A stretch of DNA of 64,000 nt from Anaerolineae bacterium (GCA_040768685.1 JAXGMM010000001.1:1093526-1157525); one strand, 5' to 3'. Numbered from the stretch's first letter, positions 18,124 through 28,285 are shown. Program-made: numbers and translations. The notes: a model not told the origin generated them from the sequence alone.

Positions 18124-18801
18124 CTACACCGCTTGCCCGGAGAGCACGCGGCCGAGGTGCTCGATGCCCATGCGCGGGCTACTCAAGACCTCCAGCCCAG
18201 TCTCCTGGGCCAGCATGGGGGCCAAACGGGTCATGGAGGCCTGGGCCAGGGCGATGATCTGCACACTGGGAGCCAGGGCCCGGGCGCCGTCAAGCACCAT
18301 CTGGTCGTGGCGCTCCTTTTCGCCGCCCATGAGGGCCTGGAACGCTCCTTCGCAAAGGCGCGGGGTGACCTGCACGGTCCTCCCGAGCTTGGTCGCCTGC
18401 CGGCGGACCAGGTCGGCGGTGGGGCCGAGCGTGGTCGGGACGGTCGCCAGCACGCCGATGCGTTCCGCCTTCTGGGCAGCCGCGCGGGCCATAGCCTGGT
18501 CGATCTTCACCACCGGACGGTCGACGAAGAGCGCCGCCACGTCTATTGCCGGACCGAGCGAACTACAGGCGGAGAACAAGGCGTCCACACCGGCAGCCTG
18601 AGCCGCCTGTGCCAGGTGCGTCATGCGGCGCGTGGCCTCCGGCGTAACGTGGCCGGCACGCTGGACCGCCGCCAGTAGGTCGCTGTCTACGAAGTGCAGG
18701 ATCTCAACCCCGGGCAGCAGCTCGCGGAAGAGGTCGTTGATCATCGTCTCCACCTGGATGAAGACGAAACTGGTGTGAAGCATCCCGACTCGCTTGGGCA
18801 T
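18124..18801 (-). CDS. Asp/Glu/hydantoin racemase superfamily protein
   Basis: The ATG at 18801 follows GAGGAGG. Two pseudo-symmetric halves carry the FSACSSLG and ALAQASM motifs. Confidence 0.7.
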   Translation of the reverse strand: MPKRVGMLHTSFVFIQVETMINDLFRELLPGVEILHFVDSDLLAAVQRAGHVTPEATRRMTHLAQAAQAAGVDALFSACSSLGPAIDVAALFVDRPVVKIDQAMARAAAQKAERIGVLATVPTTLGPTADLVRRQATKLGRTVQVTPRLCEGAFQALMGGEKERHDQMVLDGARALAPSVQIIALAQASMTRLAPMLAQETGLEVLSSPRMGIEHLGRVLSGQAV

Positions 18802-18903
18802 GCGATCGCCTCCTCGCCGACATTGGTCCATCTCGTTGGGTAAGGGTGCGCTCCGGGTCCCTGTCTGTCAAGACGACACCGGTCGCGGCTCTGTCGGGCC
18901 TCA

Positions 18904-18933
18904 TTGACCAGGCACAGGCCGGGGGCCCATAAT
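18904..18933 (+). promoter_or_regulatory. Candidate promoter for the beta-hydroxyacid dehydrogenase gene
   Basis: TTGACC (18904-18909), an 18-nt spacer, then CATAAT (18928-18933). Confidence 0.45.
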
Positions 18934-18964
18934 GCCAATTCGATTGTCATGAGGAGGCGCGACC

Positions 18965-19876
18965 ATGCCGGAGCGGATTGGCTTTGTGGGACTGGGGATC
19001 ATGGGCAAGCCCATGGCCCGACACATACTGGAGGCCGGCTACCCCATAACCGTGCACAACCGCAGCCGTGCGGCAGTGGATGAGCTGGCGGCGATGGGCG
19101 CCGCCGCCGCTCTCTCGGCGGCGGAGGTGGCGGCGCAGAGCGACATAGTCTTCACCTGCTTGCCGGACAGCCCCGATGTGGAGGCGGTAGCTCTGGGTGA
19201 CGACGGAATCCTAGCGGGCATCGTGCCCGGCGCCCTGTACGTGGACACGAGCACCATTGCGCCGGCTACGGCCAAGAAGGTGGCGGCGGCTATGCGGGGC
19301 AAGGGCGCCGACATGCTCGATGCTCCCGTGAGCGGCGGGCAGTTGGGGGCCGAGAACGCCACCTTGTCCATTATGGTGGGCGGCGAGGAAGCGTCCTTCG
19401 AGCGCGCTCGCCCGGTGCTGGCCGCGATGGGCAAGACCATCGTGCATGTCGGGCCCAGCGGCGCCGGTCAGGTTACCAAGGCGGCCAACCAGATCGTGGT
19501 GGGGATGACCCACGCAGCGGTGGCGGAGGCTCTCGTACTGGCGGCCAAGTCGGGTGTCGATCCCGCCAAAGTGGTGCAGGCTATCTCCGGCGGCGCCGCG
19601 CGCTGCTGGGCGCTGGAGAACCGCGCCCCGCGCGTCCTCAAGCGGGACTTCGAGCCTGGGTTTTACGCTGCCTACCACCTCAAGGACCTGGGGATCGCTC
19701 TGGAGGCGGCCAAGGACGCGGGCGCGGTGTTGCCGGCGACTGCCCTGCTCAAGCAGCTCTACCAGTCGCTGATCAGCAACGGCAAGGGCCGGCTGGATCA
19801 CTCCGCCATTATCCAGGTGATCGAGGCCCTGTCCGACGTGGAGGTCGTGGGCGGGAGGATGGAACCGAGGGATTGA
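18965..19876 (+). CDS. Beta-hydroxyacid dehydrogenase (3-hydroxyisobutyrate / tartronate-semialdehyde reductase / LtnD family)
   Basis: IGFVGLGIMGKPMA Rossmann motif, a family-typical central region, 303 aa. GAGGAGG precedes the start. Confidence 0.85.
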   Translation: MPERIGFVGLGIMGKPMARHILEAGYPITVHNRSRAAVDELAAMGAAAALSAAEVAAQSDIVFTCLPDSPDVEAVALGDDGILAGIVPGALYVDTSTIAPATAKKVAAAMRGKGADMLDAPVSGGQLGAENATLSIMVGGEEASFERARPVLAAMGKTIVHVGPSGAGQVTKAANQIVVGMTHAAVAEALVLAAKSGVDPAKVVQAISGGAARCWALENRAPRVLKRDFEPGFYAAYHLKDLGIALEAAKDAGAVLPATALLKQLYQSLISNGKGRLDHSAIIQVIEALSDVEVVGGRMEPRD

Positions 19877-19900
19877 GCTGTCAAGAGGGAGTAGGCCCGG

Positions 19901-20140
19901 GTGAGCATGACTGATGAGGAGCGAGTGGCCGGCATGCTCCAGCGTGCGGCCGGCCTAGCGCAAAGGCTGGAGAACGGGAGAGCCGCGATCGGCAGGGAGG
20001 CCGACACCGAGCGAGCCGACTACTACTTCGAGCGCTGGCTGGCGCTGCTCGCCGAGTATGAGCAGATCATCGATGAGCTGCGGCGCATGAACGTACCCAA
20101 CGAGCGGCTGATGGCAGCGGTCCCTGATGGCGGCGCCTAG
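19901..20140 (+). CDS. Small hypothetical protein (79 aa, helical/charged)
   Basis: GAGGGAG lies upstream and codon bias matches the neighbours. No recognisable family. Confidence 0.4.
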   Translation: MSMTDEERVAGMLQRAAGLAQRLENGRAAIGREADTERADYYFERWLALLAEYEQIIDELRRMNVPNERLMAAVPDGGA

Positions 20141-20405
20141 TCTGCAGACCCCAGTAGGCAGGTGTCAGCGCCAGTGAGAGGCAGGTGCGCGATGCCGGTG
20201 GCGCTGGCGTTCTGTCTTGGGGTCGTCTGTGGGATGATCGCGAGGCTGTACTGTCAATGAGTCGTGTTCAGGGCGGCGGGCATTACGCCGCTCAGTTTGA
20301 GTAATAGCGCCGGCCGGCAGCACCGGCGGGTTGCCGGCCCCATACTCGCCTGATATATTCGCGCGCGAGGCTGCCCCGAACGGGCGGTACGGGAGTGCAG
20401 GGCCG

Positions 20406-21323
20406 ATGAGTGAACTTGGGGCATGGCTGCGCGAGAGCCGCGAGGCCAAGGGGCTGAGCCTGGCCGAGGCGGCTGCCGCCACCCATGTACGACGCACCCA
20501 CCTTGAGGCGATCGAGGAGGGGCGCCGGAAGGAACTGCCCGACGCGGTGTACCTTCGTGGACTGGTGCTGACCTACGGCCAGTACCTCGAGGTTGATTCG
20601 GACGAGTTGCGCTTGCTCTACACCAAGGAGTACGGCCGCTCGTCCAGAAGCGGCGGCCGGGTGGACTCGCATCAGCCGCTGAGCGAGCCCCTGCGAGGGC
20701 GGGGCCGGCTGTTGATGGCGGTAGTGCTTATCCTGCTGCTCCTCGCCGCCGCGGCGGGCTTGTGGTGGTACTGGCCCGACGCTAGTGAATGGGGTCGATC
20801 GCTGCTCTCGCAGATCAGAGAGCCGATGGCCCGGCCAACGGCCACCGTTTCCGTGCGTGCGCCCACAACTGAGCCCAGCACTGCAGTGGCAGTGCCTGCC
20901 GAAGCCGGCCCTACCGCTGCAGCAACGTCCGCTCCGCCCGAAAACGTCGCGGCCGCGACGCCCACTTCGGCGGCCCTTCCCCTGCCGACGCCATCTCCGT
21001 CGGACACGCCGATTCCTCCGATGCCGACCCCTACCGCAACCTCCACGCCGATTCCGGGTATCTGGCTGGGCGTGCAGGCGACGGGCGCCGCGTGGATCCG
21101 GGTCACGGTCGACGGCGCGGTAGCTTATGAGGGCACCATGGCGGAGGGCGATGCCGAGGTGTGGTTCGGCGCCCAGAGCGTCACGTTGCTCACCGGAAAC
21201 GCGGGCGGCACTTCGCTCACTCTCAATGGCGAGCCGCTGGAGCCCCTGGCGGGGCCGGGCGAGGTGGCCAGCATGACCTGGACCTGGGACGGCGAGAGCC
21301 TCTCGGCGACGCCAGGCGAGTGA
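20406..21323 (+). CDS. RodZ-like protein (N-terminal HTH, TM segment, Pro/Thr/Ala-rich linker, DUF4115-like C-terminus)
   Basis: MSELGAWLRESREAKGLSLAEAAAATHVRRTHLEAIEEG, a TM stretch LLMAVVLILLLLAAAAGLWWYW, and a C-terminal beta domain. Confidence 0.72.
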   Translation: MSELGAWLRESREAKGLSLAEAAAATHVRRTHLEAIEEGRRKELPDAVYLRGLVLTYGQYLEVDSDELRLLYTKEYGRSSRSGGRVDSHQPLSEPLRGRGRLLMAVVLILLLLAAAAGLWWYWPDASEWGRSLLSQIREPMARPTATVSVRAPTTEPSTAVAVPAEAGPTAAATSAPPENVAAATPTSAALPLPTPSPSDTPIPPMPTPTATSTPIPGIWLGVQATGAAWIRVTVDGAVAYEGTMAEGDAEVWFGAQSVTLLTGNAGGTSLTLNGEPLEPLAGPGEVASMTWTWDGESLSATPGE

Positions 21324-21338
21324 CGAGTACCCCGCATC

Positions 21339-22208
21339 GTGTCTGACGGCGACAGCACCAGCATGGGCGCCGGGCCCGTACGGTTCGGCACCTCCGGCGT
21401 CCCCCGCAGCCTCGAGACCGGCACTCACCTCGACGGCATGGCCGAGGTTCACCGCCTTGGCCTGCAGGCGATGGAACTGGCGTTTGTGCATCGGGTCAAC
21501 ATAAAGCCAGCACAGGCGCCGGAGGTGCGGGATCTGGCTCGGCGGCTGGACGTCGGCCTAAGCGCGCACGCCTCGTACTACATCAACCTCAACTCCCCCG
21601 ACCCCAGCAAAGTCAGAGCGAGCCGCCAGCGTCTGCTGTCGGCAGCCCGGGTCGGCTGGATGTGCGGAGCCGATAGCGTCGTCTTCCATGCCGGCTGGCG
21701 CCATGACGATACCCGTGAACACGCCTACTCCGCCATCCGCGACCAGGTGAGCGAGATTGGATCGATGCTGCGGGAAGAGGGAGTAGGGATTCGGCTGTTG
21801 CCTGAGACTACCGGCAAGGTGGCCCAGTTTGGCGACCTTGACGAGTTGCTTCGCCTGGCACAGGATGTGCCGGGCATAGAGCCGTGCATTGATTTCGCGC
21901 ACCTACACGCTCGCGATGGCGGCACGAACACCGAGGGCGAGTTCGAGCGGGTGCTTTTGGATGTGCGGAGCGCGGTGGGCGCAGACGCGCTGAGGCGCCT
22001 GCACGTGCATGTGAGCGGCATCGACTACGGTCCCCGAGGCGAATTGCGGCACCTGCCGCTGCTGGAGTCGGACTTCAACTATGTTGGGTTGTTGCGGGTA
22101 ATGGCCGCGATGGGCGTGGCAGGGCGCGTGATCTGCGAGAGCCCGGTGAACCACGAGGACGCGGTTCGCCTCGCGCGGGTCTGGCACGAGGTGTCGGCCG
22201 CCGTCTAG
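21339..22208 (+). CDS. TIM-barrel AP-endonuclease-2 / xylose-isomerase-like protein (endonuclease IV-like). The start is uncertain (GTG 21339 or ATG 21363).
   Basis: FGTSG...ELAFV...SAHASYYINL...VVFHAG...PETTGK...IDFAHLHA pattern. Confidence 0.7.
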   Translation: MSDGDSTSMGAGPVRFGTSGVPRSLETGTHLDGMAEVHRLGLQAMELAFVHRVNIKPAQAPEVRDLARRLDVGLSAHASYYINLNSPDPSKVRASRQRLLSAARVGWMCGADSVVFHAGWRHDDTREHAYSAIRDQVSEIGSMLREEGVGIRLLPETTGKVAQFGDLDELLRLAQDVPGIEPCIDFAHLHARDGGTNTEGEFERVLLDVRSAVGADALRRLHVHVSGIDYGPRGELRHLPLLESDFNYVGLLRVMAAMGVAGRVICESPVNHEDAVRLARVWHEVSAAV

Positions 22209-22218
22209 GAGGCAGGGA

Positions 22219-23166
22219 ATGGCGACTAGGCAAGACGTCATCCGGATGTTGCAGGCGGATATGCGGGACGAGCACGGGGCTCTGGTCCTTTACCTGCAGC
22301 ATGCCTACATGATGGGCGAGGGCGAGGAAGCGGCCGAGATCGAGGGCGCCGCTCGGGATGAGATGCGGCACTTCCGCTGGCTGGCGCAGGCCATTACGCA
22401 GCTCGGCGGAGAGCCGACTCTGGACCGCACCGAGATGGAGCTAGGAGGCGCCCAGCACGCGGAGTGGATGCTCCGCGATGTGCGTGCGGAGGAAGACGCT
22501 ATTGCCGCCTACGAGCAGCACCGCGATGCTATTGACGACCCCAGGATCAAGGCCTTGATCGAGCGGATCCTGACCGATGAGCGGGCTCATCTGGACCTCT
22601 TCCGCTCGCTGAGCGACAAGATGGCCGCCGAGGCGGAGGCCCCGGCGATGGACGCGGCTCCCGATCCTATCGATCCCGAGGCTGCCTCGGTTCTGGACTA
22701 TGCCACTCGCCACGAATACACGGTGATCCTGCAGTACCTCTTCCACTCGTTCATGACTCCGGACGACGAGGCCAGTCGCGAGTGGGAGACGATCGCCATA
22801 AACGAGATGCAGCATCTCGGATGGTTCGGGGAGATGGCAGCCGAGTCGGGTCTGTTCCCCCTGTTCGCGCGCGAGATGGTACACGAGGGCAAGGACACCG
22901 GCGACATGCTGGGCGCCGACCTGGCGGCTGAACACGCCGTCGCGGAGGCGTACGCCGGACATGCCAACCGGTTCCGGCCCGATCCGGAGAAGGCCGGCCT
23001 TGTGGAGATCCTGGAACGCGCGGGCGAGAACGAGCGATTCCACATTCACATGTTCGGCCTGATGGCGGAGCGGGTGGGCGCCGGCGAGACGCCGTATCAG
23101 CGCCCCGGCGTCGCTCCTACACAGCCCACCGGTTCCACCGTTGGCGGCCGGAAGGGAGACAAGTAG
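22219..23166 (+). CDS. Tandem ferritin-like (di-iron four-helix-bundle) domain protein
   Basis: Two halves each carry an ExxH motif (DEMRHFRW and NEMQHLGW). AGGAGG precedes the ATG. Confidence 0.68.
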   Translation: MATRQDVIRMLQADMRDEHGALVLYLQHAYMMGEGEEAAEIEGAARDEMRHFRWLAQAITQLGGEPTLDRTEMELGGAQHAEWMLRDVRAEEDAIAAYEQHRDAIDDPRIKALIERILTDERAHLDLFRSLSDKMAAEAEAPAMDAAPDPIDPEAASVLDYATRHEYTVILQYLFHSFMTPDDEASREWETIAINEMQHLGWFGEMAAESGLFPLFAREMVHEGKDTGDMLGADLAAEHAVAEAYAGHANRFRPDPEKAGLVEILERAGENERFHIHMFGLMAERVGAGETPYQRPGVAPTQPTGSTVGGRKGDK

Positions 23167-23525
23167 CCTGACCTAGCGGCGCGATCGGCGTTGGCGCGAT
23201 GGTCTCCACCGGTCCAGAGGTCCTCGACCTCCAAGCCGGCCTAAGAGGGCGCGGCCGACCTACCGCCTGCTGGTGGGGGACGAGTTGGGTCGCCGCCACG
23301 ACCGGCTCCGGCCCAGCCCGAGCCATCTGGAGGCCAACGACCGCTTGTGGGACGGCAGCGAGCCGCCCTTCTTCACCGGGTGGGTCGTAGCCTACGGCAT
23401 CCGACATCGAGATAGGGCACTAGGCCCCGAGGTGAGACCGGCCTGGCGCCCTAGCCGACTCCTGCCCAAACGTCCGTCGTGAGCGGGCGAAGGGCGCGTC
23501 TGTTTCGCGTATACGTACCGGAGAG

Positions 23526-24215
23526 GTGGTTTTGACCGGCACCATCATTAACGTCGCGACGGTGGCTGTGGGTGGCGGTCTGGGCCTCCTGGTGGGCAGT
23601 CGCCTACCGGAACGATCGCGCGGGACGGTCATGGACGGACTCGGGCTGGTTACCATGGTCCTCGGCCTGGAGATGGCCCTTAAGACCGAGAACGCCCTGG
23701 TGGTCTTGCTTTCCATGCTCATGGGCGCCTTGGTGGGGGAATGGGCGCAGATCGAGGACCGCCTGGCTGCGCTGGGCGACTCGCTGAAGTCGCGGCTCGC
23801 TGGCGGCGGCGCTCGCTTCACCGAGGGGTTCGTGGCCGCAAGCCTGCTGTTCTGTGTGGGGCCGATGGCTATCCTGGGCTCGATCAGCGACGGCCTGCGC
23901 GGAGACTACTCGCTCCTGGCGGTCAAATCCGTGCTGGACGGGTTTGCCGCCATGGCTTTCGCCTCGACCATGGGCGTTGGCGTACTCTTCAGCACGGTCG
24001 TCGTTCTGGTGTATCAGGGGGGAGTCACCCTCCTGGCTGGCACAGCTGATGCGCTTCTGACGCCGCCCGTGATCGCAGAACTCACGGCCACCGGCGGGGT
24101 GATGGTGCTGGGCATCGGCATCCGGCTCCTCAACGTGCGCGAGATCCGGGTGGGCAACTTCCTGCCTGCGCTCGTGTTCGCGCCCCTTGTCCTGGCGTTG
24201 TTCCAGTATCTGTAG
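23526..24215 (+). CDS. DUF554 (YqgA-like) membrane protein. The start may be the TTG at 23532.
   Basis: LTGTIINVATVAVGGGLGLLVGSRLPE followed by multiple TM segments. Confidence 0.72.
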   Translation: MVLTGTIINVATVAVGGGLGLLVGSRLPERSRGTVMDGLGLVTMVLGLEMALKTENALVVLLSMLMGALVGEWAQIEDRLAALGDSLKSRLAGGGARFTEGFVAASLLFCVGPMAILGSISDGLRGDYSLLAVKSVLDGFAAMAFASTMGVGVLFSTVVVLVYQGGVTLLAGTADALLTPPVIAELTATGGVMVLGIGIRLLNVREIRVGNFLPALVFAPLVLALFQYL

Positions 24216-24224
24216 GGGGATCAC

Positions 24225-24560
24225 ATGCAGCGTGTGAACGAGTTCGAGCTCGCGTATCGAGGCGGCGATCGCGGCGTCAAGTACATCATGCGTGGGCCCA
24301 GGCTCGATTGGGGCGTCATCCTGATGCGGCCGGGCGACAAGCTGGCTCCCCACTACCACGCCCAAGTGGAGGAGACCTTCTACGTTGTGCGGGGCCGCGG
24401 CACGATCCGTTGCAAGGGGATCACTCATGCACTCATCGTGGGCGACGCCTATCGCATGGAGCCGGGTGATGACCATGAGATCGTGTGCGGGCCGGACGAG
24501 GAACTGAAACTGGTCTTCATCAAGACGCCGTACCTGCCGGACGACAAGGTGGACCTGTAG
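24225..24560 (+). CDS. Cupin-domain protein
   Basis: 111 aa with cupin motifs (PHYHAQVEETFYVVRG ... GDDHEI). Confidence 0.7.
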   Translation: MQRVNEFELAYRGGDRGVKYIMRGPRLDWGVILMRPGDKLAPHYHAQVEETFYVVRGRGTIRCKGITHALIVGDAYRMEPGDDHEIVCGPDEELKLVFIKTPYLPDDKVDL

Positions 24561-24568
24561 GGGGCGGA

Positions 24569-26101
24569 ATGCTGATCGGTATCGACCTGGGCACGTCCAG
24601 CGTCCGGGTGGCCGTCGTAGACGAGCGCGGCTCCATCCTGGGCCTCGGCCGGCAGGAGTATCCCATCGAGGCGCCGCGACCCGGATGGGCGGAACAGGAC
24701 CCCGAGACATGGTGGCGATGCACCTGCCTGGCGTCCAGGCAGGCAATCGCCAGGAGCGGAGTTGCTCCCGATGCCATCGGCGCCATCGGCTACTCGGGGC
24801 AGATGCACGGGACCGTACTGGTGGACGCCGGCGGAAGGGCGCTGGACAAGGCCATCATCTGGGCAGATGGGCGCAGCGACGCGGTGGCGAAGCGGCTCAA
24901 CGGTGACGTCGGCGAGGAGCGGCTGGCGGCGTTGGCGGGGAACCGGGTTGCGGCCGGGTTCATGGCCGCGACGCTGGCGTGGCTGCGAGGGCAGAGCCCG
25001 ACATGCCTAGACGGAGCTCGATGGGCCCTGTTGCCGAAGGACTACCTGCGCCTGCGAATGGGTGGCGAGCCGACGAGTGAGCCCAGCGATGCCAGCGCCA
25101 CGCTGCTGTATGACATCGCCGGAGATCGTTGGTCCGACGAACTGGCCGAGGCTGCCGGTGTTGACCGTTCCGCCCTTGCGCCTCTGGTTCGTTCCCACGA
25201 TGTGGTTGGCGCCCTGAGCGCCGAGGCGGCGGAAGACATGTCGCTTTTACCGGGCATCCCGCTGGTGGCGGGGGCGGGCGATCAGGCAGCGCAGGCGATC
25301 GGCAACGGGGTGCTGGACTCCACCACCGCCTCCTGCACCATAGGTACCGGCGGTCAGCTTCTGCAGCCGATGGACAAGCCTCGAACCGACCCCCTGCTCC
25401 GGGTGCACTGTTTCCGTCACGCCCGGCCCGGCGCCTGGTTCCTCATGGCGGCGACGCTGTCGGCCGGGCTGTCGCTGCGCTGGTGGCGCGACATCCTAGG
25501 GATGCCCCCAGAAGGAGGGTACGAGGCACTGGAGAGGGAGGCGCAAGAAGCGGGAGTGGGAGCGGGAGGCCTGCTGTACCTTCCCTATCTGCTCGGCGAG
25601 CGCACCCCATACATGGACGCCTCGGCACGAGGGGCGTTCGTGGGCCTGGGTCTCGAGCATGGTCGAGGGCACTTCACCCGTGCCGTGATGGAGGGGGTGG
25701 CTCTGTCGCTCCGTCAGGGACTGAACATCATGGCCGGACTGACGGAGGCGCCGCGGACGCTCGTCGCCTCCGGTGGCGGCGCCAAGAGCCGTCTTTGGCG
25801 ACGGATCCAGGCCGACGTCCTGGGGATGCCTCTGCGAACCGTGCTCGGTTCGGAGCGAGCGGTGGTCGGGGCCGCTATGCTGGCGGGCCTGGGCATCGGC
25901 GCCTTCGGCACCTTCGAGCAGGCGCGGGACGCATGTGTGTCCCACGGGGATTCGACAACGCCGGACTCGGAGGCCTGCGCCGTTTATGACAGAATGCTGA
26001 CGACTTTCGAGTCTCTCTACTCAGCGCTCAAGCCGGCGTATGCCCAGTTGGAACAGAGCCGGGCCGCGCTCGCGCAATCCGCGCCTTGTAACGGAGGATA
26101 G
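24569..26101 (+). CDS. xylB: FGGY-family carbohydrate kinase, xylulokinase-like
   Basis: MLIGIDLGTSSVR, GWAEQDP, GAGDQAAQAIG, GGGAKS. Confidence 0.82.
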   Translation: MLIGIDLGTSSVRVAVVDERGSILGLGRQEYPIEAPRPGWAEQDPETWWRCTCLASRQAIARSGVAPDAIGAIGYSGQMHGTVLVDAGGRALDKAIIWADGRSDAVAKRLNGDVGEERLAALAGNRVAAGFMAATLAWLRGQSPTCLDGARWALLPKDYLRLRMGGEPTSEPSDASATLLYDIAGDRWSDELAEAAGVDRSALAPLVRSHDVVGALSAEAAEDMSLLPGIPLVAGAGDQAAQAIGNGVLDSTTASCTIGTGGQLLQPMDKPRTDPLLRVHCFRHARPGAWFLMAATLSAGLSLRWWRDILGMPPEGGYEALEREAQEAGVGAGGLLYLPYLLGERTPYMDASARGAFVGLGLEHGRGHFTRAVMEGVALSLRQGLNIMAGLTEAPRTLVASGGGAKSRLWRRIQADVLGMPLRTVLGSERAVVGAAMLAGLGIGAFGTFEQARDACVSHGDSTTPDSEACAVYDRMLTTFESLYSALKPAYAQLEQSRAALAQSAPCNGG

Positions 26102-26103
26102 CC

Positions 26104-27300
26104 TTGGTCCACGAGCCCGCCCATCTGCACATCTATCCGCTTGTCTGCACTGCCGGAGTGGAGACTGAGTTTGAAGTTGCTCCTGCCGGCGACGAGGACG
26201 TTCTGCCGGCGGGGCAGTTCCGCTGTGTGCTCCAACACAAGGCCCGGTCGGCGGCGCCGGTGGAGTTAGAGGCCACCCGCTGCGACGATGGCCGGGTGCG
26301 CTTCCGTTGCACCGTCGAGCATGCGGGCGAGGTGTCCATCACCCTCCAGTTTCCTGGTCTTCGCCGGCATGCACTCGGCAGCGTCTACGCTGTCGATACC
26401 GACCTGTCGGGGCTGCTGCCCTTGCGAGGCGACTTCCACAGCCACACCTGGCACTCCGACGGCGTCTCGTCGCCCCGGGAACTGCTGGAGGAGGGCTGGC
26501 GGCTGGGGCTGGACTTCTTGGCCGTGACCGACCACGACAACTGGAACGGCAGCCGAGAGGCCGTCCGCCTCGGGATGAACCTGCCGATCACCGTCATTCC
26601 GGGTGAGGAGGTGACGTTCGACCGCGGTCACCTTGTGGCTGTGGGCATTCGCTCGGGCGTGGCGGAGCATCGCTCAGTGTCCGACTACGAGGCTGAGGTC
26701 AACACCATCGCTGCGGAAGTGGACGAGTCCGGCGAGGGGCCGGGATTCGCTCAGGCGTACGCGCGTGGGCTCTGGGCGTCCCGGGCAATCCGGGCGCTGG
26801 GCGGTCTCGCCATCCTGGCGCACCCGTACTGGGTGGCGGGCGGCGAGCTTCACCTCGATGAGCGGCTGGCGCGACGGCTCTTCCTCGATGCGGAGATAGA
26901 CGCTGTCGAGTTGCTCGGAGACGTGGACTTCGAGGACAACATGCGATCGATCGCCCTACACACCGAGATGGCAGCCCAAGGAGCGCGCGTGCCGGTGGTG
27001 AGCAACTCCGATACGCACGGGCTGAAGCACACCCTCGGTCGCTACTGGACGGTCGTCTTCGCCGAGACCAACGAGCCGGAGGCGATTCTGCGGGCCGTGC
27101 GACAGGGGCGGTGTGTGGCGTGCGTGCACCTGCCCGGCGAGCAACTGAGAGTCTACGGGCCGCTGCCTCTGGTGCACTACGCCTACTTCCTGCACCGCCG
27201 CTACTTCCCCGGCCAGGATCGCCTCCACGAGCAGGGCGACTCCCTGGGCCCGATCTCGGCCTACCGGAGTCGGTGCCTAGGTACGGCGGTCAGCCGCTGA
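26104..27300 (+). CDS. PHP-domain (CehA/McbA-like) metallohydrolase with an N-terminal beta-sandwich region
   Basis: The TTG start follows GGAGGA. The translation shows GDFHSHTWHSDG and LAVTDHDNW motifs. Confidence 0.62.
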   Translation: MVHEPAHLHIYPLVCTAGVETEFEVAPAGDEDVLPAGQFRCVLQHKARSAAPVELEATRCDDGRVRFRCTVEHAGEVSITLQFPGLRRHALGSVYAVDTDLSGLLPLRGDFHSHTWHSDGVSSPRELLEEGWRLGLDFLAVTDHDNWNGSREAVRLGMNLPITVIPGEEVTFDRGHLVAVGIRSGVAEHRSVSDYEAEVNTIAAEVDESGEGPGFAQAYARGLWASRAIRALGGLAILAHPYWVAGGELHLDERLARRLFLDAEIDAVELLGDVDFEDNMRSIALHTEMAAQGARVPVVSNSDTHGLKHTLGRYWTVVFAETNEPEAILRAVRQGRCVACVHLPGEQLRVYGPLPLVHYAYFLHRRYFPGQDRLHEQGDSLGPISAYRSRCLGTAVSR

Positions 27301-27313
27301 GGCGCAGGCGCCA

Positions 27314-27347
27314 GGTGCGCCTCCGAGTCCGAGGCTGGAGGCGCACC
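27314..27347. terminator. Hairpin between convergent genes, possible bidirectional terminator
   Basis: GGTGCGCCTCC / GGAGGCGCACC form an 11-bp stem. Confidence 0.55.
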
Positions 27348-27361
27348 CTATCTGTCGGAGT

Positions 27362-28285
27362 CTACCCTGTGAACGATCGGCGACCAGCCGCCACCAGGCC
27401 TAGGGCGGCGGCCCGGTCCTCGATTCCTTGGACCTCGAAGTCGGTGAGGACAACCGCGCCTGACCCGCACTTCACCAACGGCCCCAAGGCCGTGACGCCT
27501 ACCACCTCGCCCGGCGCGGCATCGGCGCAACCGGCCGGGGTGGGCCGCGCGGCCCAGACCCGAACCCGGAGGCCGCCCAAGCGAGTCCAGGCCCCGGCTA
27601 CCGGTCGGGTGAAGGCACGGACGAAGTTGGCGACGCTGTCGGCGGGGCGGTTCCAGTCTATACGAAGATCACGGGGACGGGGCGACCGGCAGACGGTGGC
27701 AAGAGAGTTGTCCTGAGGCCGCCGCTCGGCCGTCCCGGCCAGCACGCTCGGGAATGCCTCACGGAACAACTCGACGCCCAGGTCCTCCAGTTTGACCCCC
27801 ACGGTGTGGCCGGTGTCGTCCGGCTCGATGGGGATCGACTTCTGGGCGATGATGTCGCCGGTGTCGATCCCCTCGTCCAGGTAGTGCATGGTCTGTCCGG
27901 TGACGGTGTCGCCGCTGGCCACTGCCCACAGGCCGGGGGCCTGGCCCCTATACCGGGGAAGCAGCGAGTTGTGGATGTTCACGCAACCGTGCCGGGGGAC
28001 GGACAGCAACGCCGGCTTGAAGATCTTGCCGAAGTACATGGACACGAACACGTCGGGCTCGAGGCGGGCCATCCGCTCAACGAACGCGCTGGAGTTGACA
28101 TCGCGCGGCTGGTACAGGGGCAAGTGCGCGTCGTACAGCACTTCCTTGACGGCGATGTCGATCTCGGGATGGACGTAGTCGGGCCAAGTCACTACCGCGG
28201 CCACTTCCGCCTCCGGCCGGTCGAGCAGCCAGCGCAGGCAGCGAGCGCCGATGGCGCCTCGATAGGAGAAGAAGACGATCCTCAT
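27362..28285 (-). CDS. Formyltransferase-family protein (Fmt/ArnA-N-like)
   Basis: HNSLLPRYRG motif, D-containing catalytic region, and a C-terminal Fmt-like domain. Confidence 0.8.
   Translation of the reverse strand: MRIVFFSYRGAIGARCLRWLLDRPEAEVAAVVTWPDYVHPEIDIAVKEVLYDAHLPLYQPRDVNSSAFVERMARLEPDVFVSMYFGKIFKPALLSVPRHGCVNIHNSLLPRYRGQAPGLWAVASGDTVTGQTMHYLDEGIDTGDIIAQKSIPIEPDDTGHTVGVKLEDLGVELFREAFPSVLAGTAERRPQDNSLATVCRSPRPRDLRIDWNRPADSVANFVRAFTRPVAGAWTRLGGLRVRVWAARPTPAGCADAAPGEVVGVTALGPLVKCGSGAVVLTDFEVQGIEDRAAALGLVAAGRRSFTG

Noticed and set aside
23167-23525. 360-nt gap upstream of the DUF554 gene, examined for a riboswitch or small gene
   Set aside because: I could not match it to any riboswitch consensus I know (fluoride, Mn, guanidine, preQ1 and others). 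The only ORF (23117-23407, minus strand) overlaps the ferritin-like gene end and has no SD. It is left unannotated.
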